The notes under the pieces were generated by a model. That model worked only from the letters and a program-made list of their open reading frames with translations, was not told where the DNA came from and searched no databases. This document shows positions 20,681 to 30,400 of a stretch of DNA of 64,000 bases, piece by piece; position 1 is the first letter of the stretch, and every line of letters starts with the position of its first letter. A program made the translations under genes and the position numbers. Source of the stretch: Histomonas meleagridis 2922-C6/04-290x (Eukaryota; Protista; Parabasalia); the NCBI GenBank assembly GCA_020184695.1, contig JAANOX010000234.1, forward strand, positions 21,455-85,454. Direction: 5' to 3'.

Positions 20681-21808
20681 TTATTTATATTTTTTAAACT
20701 TATTTGAAATGTGTGTTTCCACTTTATTTTTCGCAGTTATAATTTGGTAGTCGCCATTTTCTTTCGTGTATTTACTACTTCCGTTTGGAAACAGAACATA
20801 TTTATCTCCGTTGGGAAAATGCGCTTCTTTTTGACCACTTGGAAAGTCAATAACAACTGTACTATCAGGGAGCGTGAGTTCAATCGCACCAGTGTTAGCA
20901 AAAAAGTACGCAACAGCTCCATCATCGAATTCTTTAAGTATATCACCGTTGTTATAAAATATAAAAATGTTCGAATCCGTACGAATTTTACAAGTTCCAT
21001 TCCTAAATTGCACAACAACATCCCCGTTGGGGTATCGTATCTCTTTCCCATGAGGTGATTTGATACCTTCACCTATTGGATGATAATCAAAATTAATGTC
21101 ATAATCATAATGAGGTATTGACAATCGTTCAAATTGTACACTTTGTTCTTCTAAATCATTTGTTTGGTGATTTATACTTTTTTGTGGAGATGAATCATCT
21201 TCAATTATTGGTTCTTCCATAATGGGCTTTATAGGGGAAGTTGGTGAAACTTCGGGAGAAATTGATTTTTTCTGCTTAGTAGGAGTACTAAATTGAGATA
21301 TTGTTAACTTTAAGGAATCATTTTTTTCTTTTTGAAGTTGCAGAGTATTAATTAAACGTTGCTTCTCAGATTTCCATAAATCATTTTCTTCTTTGTATTT
21401 TAATTCCAATGCTTTCTTCTTTTCAAGTAATTCTCTTATTGTCATTTTTGAAACTTGGATATCGGCCATTTCTTCTTGGGTTTGTGAGTCTTGCTTTTCC
21501 CTTTTAGTTCCTTTTGGCTTTGATTTTCCTATTTCTGATCTGAAAAATTGTAATTGATTATTAAATTCATTTTTATCCTTTTCAAATTGTTTTCTTTGAA
21601 TTTCTATTTCATTTTTTTCATTTCTTAATATTATGTTTTGTTTTTTGATTTCTTCCTGTTGTTTTTTAAGTTCATCAAGTTTTTGTTTTAATTCTTGAAA
21701 TGATTTTTTAAATTCTTTTAGCTGCATTTCAGTCACCTCGTATGTTTTTGGCTCAGGTAATTTCCATTGTATTTCTTCTTCGTTATTTGATTCTTCTTCA
21801 AAGCTCAA
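20681..21808 (-). CDS. SAS4: SAS-4/CPAP/CENPJ-like protein (coiled coil plus Tcp10_C/G-box domain); start codon unresolved
   Basis: C-terminal repeats YPNGD, FRNGT, YNNGD, FPSGQKEAHFPNGDKYVLFPNGS are typical of the TCP domain. The ORF opens with TTG; first in-frame ATG is codon 28. Confidence 0.8.
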   Translation of the reverse strand: MSFEEESNNEEEIQWKLPEPKTYEVTEMQLKEFKKSFQELKQKLDELKKQQEEIKKQNIILRNEKNEIEIQRKQFEKDKNEFNNQLQFFRSEIGKSKPKGTKREKQDSQTQEEMADIQVSKMTIRELLEKKKALELKYKEENDLWKSEKQRLINTLQLQKEKNDSLKLTISQFSTPTKQKKSISPEVSPTSPIKPIMEEPIIEDDSSPQKSINHQTNDLEEQSVQFERLSIPHYDYDINFDYHPIGEGIKSPHGKEIRYPNGDVVVQFRNGTCKIRTDSNIFIFYNNGDILKEFDDGAVAYFFANTGAIELTLPDSTVVIDFPSGQKEAHFPNGDKYVLFPNGSSKYTKENGDYQIITAKNKVETHISNKFKKYK

Positions 21809-22055
21809 AATATTTTGGTTAAATTATAAACGTATTTTTGAATTTTTTCCGAATTCGAATTACATTGATTAAAACAAATATAAAATAAGCAAAATAGAGA
21901 TAATCAAATTTAATTTTATGATTTTATTGTTAAATAAGTATATATCAAGATATTTTAATTTATCGCAATTCATGTAAAACATAGAAAAAATTCCTGACCA
22001 CTTCAGAAAATTCAGTACTGAACTTCTTTGAAAAAAGTTCCTATATTTTGTAGTA

Positions 22056-22661
22056 ATGTCACAAAGAATAAATAGCAACATCTCATCGGGTACACCATGC
22101 TTAAAAATTCTTATGCTTGGTGAAAGTAATACTGGTAAGACATGTATAGTTAATCAATATGTTGATCATAATTTTGATCCTAATACAACTAATACTATAG
22201 GGGCTGCTTTCAAACATAAAAAAATCGAATATAATGGCCATACCATACGACTTCAAATTTACGATACTTCAGGTCAAGAACGATATCGATCTATTGTCCC
22301 ATCATTTTTTAGAAATTCAAATGGTGTTCTCCTTGTTTTCGATCTTTCAACGCCGAAAACCTTCGAACTGGTTGGATGCTGGATCAATTCGATGGCCCAT
22401 GTCATTGACGTTTCTGAAATCAAAATGGTTCTCGTTGGGAACAAATCAGATTTAGATCGGAAAGTTCCGTGTGAGCTTGCGAAAGCCGAAGCCGACCAGT
22501 ACGGCATCCCGTACATCGAAACGTCGGCGAAGTACAACACCAACATCGACGACGCGTTCGGCCTTCTCGTCGCCGCTGTTATGGATGTCCCCGGGCGCTG
22601 TGAAGCGACCGCGAAGAGGGCGCTGCAACAGAACACTGACAACGCCAAATGCTGTAAATAA
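22056..22661 (+). CDS. Rab family small GTPase
   Basis: GESNTGKT, YDTSGQERYRSI, VLVGNKSDL, ETSAK, C-terminal CCK prenylation motif. Confidence 0.95.
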   Translation: MSQRINSNISSGTPCLKILMLGESNTGKTCIVNQYVDHNFDPNTTNTIGAAFKHKKIEYNGHTIRLQIYDTSGQERYRSIVPSFFRNSNGVLLVFDLSTPKTFELVGCWINSMAHVIDVSEIKMVLVGNKSDLDRKVPCELAKAEADQYGIPYIETSAKYNTNIDDAFGLLVAAVMDVPGRCEATAKRALQQNTDNAKCCK

Positions 22662-22697
22662 GAAATAAAATATGAAATGAAAGATTTACAAATGAAT

Positions 22698-25600
22698 TCA
22701 TTCTTCAAATTCACTTGACTCATCATCAGATGTTGTTTCAGAAGATTCGTCATCATCAGAATCTTTCGAAGCAGCCTTTAACATTTCTGCAATATTTGTT
22801 TGTTTCATTGAGGCTGCTCTTGGCTTATAATTACTTGCTATGGATGATGAGCCGAAGTCAGATGATGAATCATCAAGTTCTATATCTGAGTCTGAATCCT
22901 CAAATGCAGTGCTCTTCTTTGTTGTGCTTCTTTTAGATGTTGTTGTTGCTGTAGGTTTCTTTGTTTCTTTCTTTACTTCCTTTTTAACAGGCGCTTTTTT
23001 CTTAGGCTCTGCTTTAGATTTCGTTACGCGTGGCTTCCGTTCTTTCTTTACTGGAGCTGCCTTCTTTTCATTAGTATTATTTGCGTCTACTTGTGCATCG
23101 ACATCTGCTTTATTTGCACCTGCTTGTGAATCATTCTCTTGTGTTGGTGGTGTTACTTTAGGCTTTCGTTTACGTTGTGTAATTTTAACAGTAGATTTAC
23201 TCTTACGTTTAGATCGAAGGACATCTTCTATTTGTGTTTGACGTTTTGCTTCTCGTTCTCTTTCGAATTTCTCATATTCTGCTTCAAACTCTTCTAGATC
23301 TTCAAGCCACATTTGAGTTGGCTGTTTTTCCATCATACGTTGCATACTTTCTTGTGTTTGTTCTTTTTCTTTAAGTAATTTATGAAAACGTTCTTGTGTA
23401 AGAGTAGAAATTTTCATTGATAAAAGATAATTATAACCTTTACGTAATGTGTCAATTTCTGTATCATTTTGATCTAATTGTTCTTCTTCTTCATCATTAT
23501 TACCACCTGTATCAATTACATCATCTGCAACTTTCTTAGGAATATTACCTTTAGTTTGATATAAATCATATTTACGTGCTTTTAAGTTAAGTAATATTGT
23601 CTTTTGTGGTATATTCCTAAGTTCAATAACTCCTTCAATAAACTCTTTAATGAAACGTGCTTGATTTGAGATATGTACAACTGCTATACGTAAATCTTCT
23701 AATATAGCCGTTTTACGTTCTTCATATAAACTAAGTCGAACATCATAAAAATCATTAAGAATTTCTTCTGGTGAATGATATTGTTTAATACGACCTTCTG
23801 GATCAAATAAGGTCATATTCGATTCTTTAAGTGATTTAGATAATTTAAAGAATTTCTCAATTCCAATTGTTTTAATATGTTCCATTTGATCTTCATTAAC
23901 ATATACATCAAAATCAACAGTATTATTTGTAGAATTATCTCGAATATCACTAATTAATGGTTCGAATTTAACTGGTTTTTCAGGTTCATCTGTTTTCTTC
24001 TTTCTACCTCTAGAAGTTGTAGATGTAGCTGTACCTTGTGAAGCTTTACCTTTAGTTTTATCTTTCTTTTCTTTAATACCTTCACCTGTAATTAATGATT
24101 CTAAAAATGATTTATATTTATTTGTCCATACTTCAATAGGTAATTCTGTAATTGATATCATTTCAGATGTAACTTCTTTAGCTATACCTTTAACCATATA
24201 AGTTGAACCTTCATCTTTATTTTGTCCAACTTTCTCTATTGTACCTGTAAATCCAGAATACCATGGAATCATTGGTTCTAATTCTTCACCATTAATTTTA
24301 CGTTTAATATTTGCTACGATATCTTTAGGATTATAACATGGGACATTTGAACTCCAACCTACACCTATACCATTTGAACCATTAACTAAAACCATTGGTA
24401 TAATTGGTACATAATATTTAGGTTCAATTGGTATACCTTCATCTGTAAGATATTCTAATAATTGATCATCATCTTTATGAAAGATTTTTCTTGTGATTGG
24501 TGATAAACGTGTATAAATATAACGTGGCGCACCTGCATCTGTACCTCCTTTAAGTCTTGTACCAAATTGACCTTGTGGTACAAATAAATTAATATTATTA
24601 CTCCATACAAATGATTGTGCCATAGCTGTAATTGTTTGATTTAATGAATCTTCTCCATGATGATAAGCAGATTGTTCAGAAACTTTACCTGCAAGTTGGA
24701 CTACTTTAAGATCTTTGTTAATTTTATTCTTAAGTGATACCCATAATACTTTTCTTTGACCTGGTTTAAGTCCATCTATTACTGAAGGGATTGCACGGAC
24801 ATTTGCATAATTACTAAATAAGATAAGTTCTTTATCAACAAAATCTTTATATGTAACTGTTGGCGTATCTTGACCTAAATATGTAGTAGCTGGATCTAGA
24901 TTTGCTAACCATTGTTTACGATCATCTGCTCTTTTCTTTGAAAATGCTAATTGAATACATTCTTCATCATCTTGATTTTGATATTTAAAATAAATTCGAT
25001 GTTTTTTCATATTTGAAAAATATTCTTTAGTTTCATCATCATCTGATGTAGCCAAACCTTTATAATATTTAATTGCATAACCTCTACCATCATTATGTTC
25101 TTTTTTCCATGCTATAAATTCTGGTAATGTATAAAATGCTATAGGCTTTTCTTTACCTTTTGTAACTTTAACTATAGGTGTAATAAATTCACATAAAAAT
25201 TTAGGTCTTTTAAGTAATGAAGGCCACATTGAATGAATAAAATTAATAATTAATCCTTTGATATGTGAACCATCTTGATCTTGATCAGCCATAATCATAA
25301 TTGAACCATATCGTAATTCTTTTAATGATTCTGCATCATCATATTTTTTACCTGGTTTTAATGCCATAATTTTCATGATGTTTTGGATTTCAGCATTCTT
25401 AGCTAATTTTGCTGCTGATATATCACGTGTATTTAATAATTTACCTCTTAATGGAAATACTCCAAAGTAATCATGTCCTACAACAGATACTCCAGTTACT
25501 GCCATACCTTTAGCAGAGTCTCCTTCTGTAAGAATTAATGTACATTCTGATGATTTAGCTCGTCCTGCTTCATTTGCATCTGTAAGTTTTGCCATACCAT

Positions 25601-26858
25601 AAATTTTAGCTTGTTTCTTACCACCCATTTTTTGCATTGTACTATTTTCTTTATATTTTGCATATTCTCGAATGTAACCGGGGATTTCTGTCTTCATTAA
25701 TTTCTTTAAGAAGTTTTCTGGTATATCACATTTACTACCAAATTCTTTCACTGGTAATGTTAATGTTTCTTTTGTTTGTGAATCAAAACTTGGATTTTCA
25801 ATTAATGAATTAACAAATACAAATAAAAATTGTTTTGCCATATTCGTCTTAATTGAAACTTTGTTTGATCCTTTAGAAAGTTCTTGTACAAAAAATTTGG
25901 TAATTTGATTAGTTACTAAATCTACATGTGTACCACCTCTAATTGTAGATACTGCATTAACAAATGAAATTTGTTGAAATGATTGATCAGGTGATGCTGC
26001 TACTGCTATTCTCCAACGTGGATTAACTTCACATTGAATTAATGTCGCGCCTTCAGGTAAAAATAATTTACAATATTCTTCCCATGAACGAATTGGTGTA
26101 CGTGAATTATTTAAATAAACTGCACATCCTTTAAGAACACCGGCCATATCCCAAACACGTCGTGTTAATAGAGATATAATATCATCATCTAACCTATCCA
26201 TATGAAATAATGATACATCTGGATAAAACTTAATAAGTGTTGATGTCTTGGGATTCCCACTTAACTTTTTGATTTTAGGTTTGCCAATGTTTTCCATATG
26301 ATCTGTGAATTCTTGGGTGTATTTATAAAATTGACCTGTGCTAGGATCTGTTGAAACACATTCGACAATGAATCGTGTTGAATAGATATTGGTAAGCTTG
26401 GCACCAAAGCCATTACGACCACCAGTAACACGCTTCTCTTCATCATTGAAGTTAGATGAAGTTAATAAATTCCCGAAAATAAATTCTGGAATCCAATATT
26501 TCTTATCTTCCTTCTCAACATATTTCTCTTCAATTGGAATTCCTTTGCCATCATTCCAAACACTAATGTATCCTTCATCAGGATTGATTTCAACTTTGAT
26601 TGTTTTTGTTGGAGGTTGTCTTTGACAGTTATCTGCTGCATTAACAAGAATTTCATCAAATATCTTGTATAAACCAGGTACGTAAGTGATTTCACGGTAA
26701 TTCATCTTGCCATCATCGACAACCCATATTGGTTGTGTTGTTGCAGCTTTAGAGCCAATGTAACTTTCAGGCCTTTTAAGAATGTGTTCTCTAAGGTCTA
26801 ACTTCTCGTAGTCCTCTTTGGAACCTACAGACATTGGTTCAGAGTCTTGACTGCTCAT
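22698..26858 (-). CDS. TOP2: DNA topoisomerase II (likely start ATG 26858)
   Basis: EHILKRPESYIGS, FDEILVNAADN, TGGRNGFGAKL, LTEGDSA, PLRGKLLN, DGLKPGQRK, YHHGE, PRYIYTRL. Confidence 0.97.
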   Translation of the reverse strand: MSSQDSEPMSVGSKEDYEKLDLREHILKRPESYIGSKAATTQPIWVVDDGKMNYREITYVPGLYKIFDEILVNAADNCQRQPPTKTIKVEINPDEGYISVWNDGKGIPIEEKYVEKEDKKYWIPEFIFGNLLTSSNFNDEEKRVTGGRNGFGAKLTNIYSTRFIVECVSTDPSTGQFYKYTQEFTDHMENIGKPKIKKLSGNPKTSTLIKFYPDVSLFHMDRLDDDIISLLTRRVWDMAGVLKGCAVYLNNSRTPIRSWEEYCKLFLPEGATLIQCEVNPRWRIAVAASPDQSFQQISFVNAVSTIRGGTHVDLVTNQITKFFVQELSKGSNKVSIKTNMAKQFLFVFVNSLIENPSFDSQTKETLTLPVKEFGSKCDIPENFLKKLMKTEIPGYIREYAKYKENSTMQKMGGKKQAKIYGMAKLTDANEAGRAKSSECTLILTEGDSAKGMAVTGVSVVGHDYFGVFPLRGKLLNTRDISAAKLAKNAEIQNIMKIMALKPGKKYDDAESLKELRYGSIMIMADQDQDGSHIKGLIINFIHSMWPSLLKRPKFLCEFITPIVKVTKGKEKPIAFYTLPEFIAWKKEHNDGRGYAIKYYKGLATSDDDETKEYFSNMKKHRIYFKYQNQDDEECIQLAFSKKRADDRKQWLANLDPATTYLGQDTPTVTYKDFVDKELILFSNYANVRAIPSVIDGLKPGQRKVLWVSLKNKINKDLKVVQLAGKVSEQSAYHHGEDSLNQTITAMAQSFVWSNNINLFVPQGQFGTRLKGGTDAGAPRYIYTRLSPITRKIFHKDDDQLLEYLTDEGIPIEPKYYVPIIPMVLVNGSNGIGVGWSSNVPCYNPKDIVANIKRKINGEELEPMIPWYSGFTGTIEKVGQNKDEGSTYMVKGIAKEVTSEMISITELPIEVWTNKYKSFLESLITGEGIKEKKDKTKGKASQGTATSTTSRGRKKKTDEPEKPVKFEPLISDIRDNSTNNTVDFDVYVNEDQMEHIKTIGIEKFFKLSKSLKESNMTLFDPEGRIKQYHSPEEILNDFYDVRLSLYEERKTAILEDLRIAVVHISNQARFIKEFIEGVIELRNIPQKTILLNLKARKYDLYQTKGNIPKKVADDVIDTGGNNDEEEEQLDQNDTEIDTLRKGYNYLLSMKISTLTQERFHKLLKEKEQTQESMQRMMEKQPTQMWLEDLEEFEAEYEKFEREREAKRQTQIEDVLRSKRKSKSTVKITQRKRKPKVTPPTQENDSQAGANKADVDAQVDANNTNEKKAAPVKKERKPRVTKSKAEPKKKAPVKKEVKKETKKPTATTTSKRSTTKKSTAFEDSDSDIELDDSSSDFGSSSIASNYKPRAASMKQTNIAEMLKAASKDSDDDESSETTSDDESSEFEE

Positions 26859-26927
26859 TTTAAAAACTGGCCAGGAATTAATAAACGGAAACAACCGTCA
26901 AAAATTATTTCACTTGGCTTTTGACAA

Positions 26928-26964
26928 AAGTGACGAGTTTACTTGGCGGTTGTGGTTGGCCTTT
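26928..26964 (+). promoter_or_regulatory. M2 (AAAGTGAC), M3 (GGCGGTT) and M5 (CCTTT) core promoter of RPS21, within the TOP2/RPS21 divergent gap
   Basis: M2 at 26928-26935, M3 at 26945-26951, M5 at 26960-26964, ATG at 26969. Confidence 0.75.
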
Positions 26965-26968
26965 TCTA

Positions 26969-27223
26969 ATGCAGAACGAAAAAGGAGAAGTTGTTGATAG
27001 ACTTATCCCGCGTAAGTGTGATGCCACACATCGCTTAATCCCACCACATGATCATGCTTCTGTTCAATTTAGAATTGCTAAATTAAATGAAGAAGGTCTC
27101 CCAACAGGTGAATTCGAAACAGTTGTTTTCTCAGGTTACCTTCGAAACCTTGGTGAAGCTGATAATGCCCTCAATCGTATTGCTACCGAAAAGGGATTAC
27201 TCCAAAACGTTTATCGTGCATAA
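26969..27223 (+). CDS. RPS21: 40S ribosomal protein S21 (eS21); true start ATG 26969
   Basis: MQNEKGEVVDRLIPRKCDATHRLIPPHDHASVQ is the eS21 signature. Confidence 0.95.
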   Translation: MQNEKGEVVDRLIPRKCDATHRLIPPHDHASVQFRIAKLNEEGLPTGEFETVVFSGYLRNLGEADNALNRIATEKGLLQNVYRA

Positions 27224-27469
27224 ATTAATTTAATTTAAATTTTTTTTTATATATAAATATATTTTACATGAACTTTCAACAACACAATATTATATTTCAT
27301 AAATGTATATTTATTCATTTAAATTAATTTAAATCATCTGAAAATCTTTCAGTTTAAAGCTTTAATCAATTGATTTTGTGTTCTTAAAAGAAAATTCCTT
27401 TGGGTAAAAAAATAATGATTACTTCTATCTAAATGTTTACATAATTCTTAAATAACAATAAATTTTTTT

Positions 27470-30400
27470 TTAATTGTTTGATGCATTATTATTATAACCG
27501 AGCGAATTAAATTCTTTTTCATAAATCCATTTCGTCCTATATTGTTCAAATGGGAAAAATTGGGGATTTCCTTTTTCATCAGTGGCCGTTACCCCGAATC
27601 TAACCGAAACCGATGTGATTCTTAACGGCTTTGAATAAACGTTCGTTCCCTTTATAGAAATTATTTTTTCTCCAATTACAGAACCATTCTTTTTTGGAGC
27701 TAACGATTTTACTTTATTAGCAAAAATACATACAAATTCTTCATTTGGATATTTAATATATATGTGATCATTATACATTTGAATAATTTGACCTTGTTTT
27801 CCATTAAAGTCTACTAAATCTCCAAAAAATAATGGGAAATTTTCTTCATCAATCATGTGTGGTTGATTTTGAAGTTTCCCTATGATTTGATCATCTGTGA
27901 CTGATTCTATTTGATTATCTTGTCTAATTACGACATAGTTTGATGCGTTGGTTTGTATTACAGTTGATGGAATTCCTGAATTAAGTTTAACTAAATCATA
28001 TGGATAATATTTTATTCGTTTCATTTTTTTATTGCTTTTCGATTTTTTCGAATGTTCTTGTTTTGACTTACCAATATGTTTATCATTATTATTATCTGGA
28101 GTAACACTATCCGTTTTGTCTTGCGTAATTTGTTCAATTGTTTTTGCTATAATATCTTGTATATCTTCAATTTTTTCCTGGCTTTTAATTTTACTTACCG
28201 TATTTTTAATTTCGCTATCTGTCATTGGTTCTCTAATTGTTTGGATTTTTTGATTTGGCTGACGAAGTATTCGAATTTCTTTGATAAGTTTTGTTTTCTG
28301 CTGAGATTGAAGTGGTATTTGTGTATTCTGTTGGGGAAGCGCAATTTTGGTTGATTCTTTATTCTGCTGTAGTGATTGCGGTTGGATAACAAATTCTTTG
28401 GACAAATGCTCATTATGGGATAGAACTTCTTTCGTTTGCTGCGGTATTTCTTTAATTATTTGAATATTTTGTTGCGTCTGTTGTTGAGGAGGTATTTCTT
28501 TAATTATGTGAATATTTTGTTGAGGAGGTATTTCTTTTGTTACATGAATGCTTTGTTGTGTTTGTTGTAGCTGTGGTATTTCTTTTATTACGTGAATATT
28601 TTGTTGTTTCTGTTGTTGAGGAGGTATTTCTTTAATTATTTGATTATTTTGTTGTTTCTGTTGTTGAGGAGGTATTTCTTTTATTACATGAATATTTTGT
28701 TGCTTCTGTTGTTGCTGTGGTATTTCTTTTATTACGTGAATATTTTGTTGTTTCTGTTGTTGAGGAGGTATTTCTTTAATTATTTGATTATTTTGTTGTT
28801 TCTGTTGTTGAGGAGGTATTTCTTTTATTACATGAATATTTTGTTGCTTCTGTTGTTGCTGTGGTATTTCTTTTATTACGTGAATATTTTGTTGTTTCTG
28901 TTGTTGAGGAGGTATTTCTTTAATTATTTGATTATTTTGTTGAGGAAGTATCTCTTTTATTATTTGATTATTTTGTTGAGGAGGTATTTCTTTTATTACG
29001 TGAATATTTTGTTGCTTCTGTTGTTGAGGAGGTATTTCTTTTATTACGTGAATATTTTGTTGCGTCTGTTGTTGAGGAAGTATTTCTTTAATTATTTGAT
29101 TATTTTGTTGAGGAGGTATTTCTTTTATTACGTGAATATTTTGTTGCTTCTGTTGTTGAGGAAGTATCTCTTTTATTATTTGATTATTTTGTTGAGGAGG
29201 TATTTCTTTTATTACGTGAATATTTTGTTGTTTCTGTTGTTGCTGTGGTATTTCTTTAATTATTTGAATATTTTGTTGTTTCTGTTGTTGCTGTGGTATT
29301 TCTTTTATTACGTGAATATTTTGTTGTTTCTGTTGTTGAGGAGGTATTTCTTTAATTATTTGATTATTTTGTTGAGGAGGTATTTCTTTTATTACGTGAA
29401 TATTTTGTTGTTTCTGTTGTTGCTGTGGTATTTCTTTTATTACGTGAATATTTTGTTGTTTCTGTTGTTGAGGAGGTATTTCTTTTATTACATGAATATT
29501 TTGTTGCTTCTGTTGTTGCTGTGGTATTTCTTTTATTACGTGAATATTTTGTTGTTTCTGTTGTTGAGGAGGTATTTCTTTAATTATTTGATTATTTTGT
29601 TGAGGAAGTATCTCTTTTATTATTTGATTATTTTGTTGAGGAGGTATTTCTTTTATTACGTGAATATTTTGTTGCTTCTGTTGTTGAGGAGGTATTTCTT
29701 TAATTATTTGATTATTTTGTTGAGGAGGTATTTCTTTTATTACGTGAATGCTTTGTTGTGTTTGTTGTTGAGGAGGTATTTCTTTAATTATTTGAATATT
29801 TTGTTGTTTCTGTTGTTGAGGAGGTATTTCTTTAATTATTTGAATATTTTGTTGTTTCTTTTGTTGCTGTGGTATTTCTTTAATTATTTGATTATTTTGT
29901 TGAGGAAGTATCTCTTTTATTATTTGATTATTTTGTTGAGGAGGTATTTCTTTTATTACGTGAATATTTTGTTGCTTCTGTTGTTGAGGAGGTATTTCTT
30001 TTATTACGTGAATATTTTGTTGCGTCTGTTGTTGAGGAAGTATCTCTTTTATTATTTGATTATTTTGTTGAGGAGGTATTTCTTTTATTACATGAATATT
30101 TTGTTGTGGCTGTTTTTTCTGTGGTATTTCTTTTGTTACATGAATGTTTTGTTGTGCCTGTTTTTTCTGTGGTATCTCTTTAATTATTTGATTATTTTGT
30201 TGAGCAGGGATTTCTTTAATTATTTGATTATTTTGTTGAGGAGGTATCTCTTTTATTATTTGATTATTTTGTTGAGGAAGTATCTCTTTTATTACGTGAA
30301 TATTTTGTTGCTTCTGTTGTTGAGGAGGTATCTCTTTTATTATTTGATTATTTTGTTGAGGAGGTATTTCTTTTATTACATGAATGCTTTGTTGTGTTTG

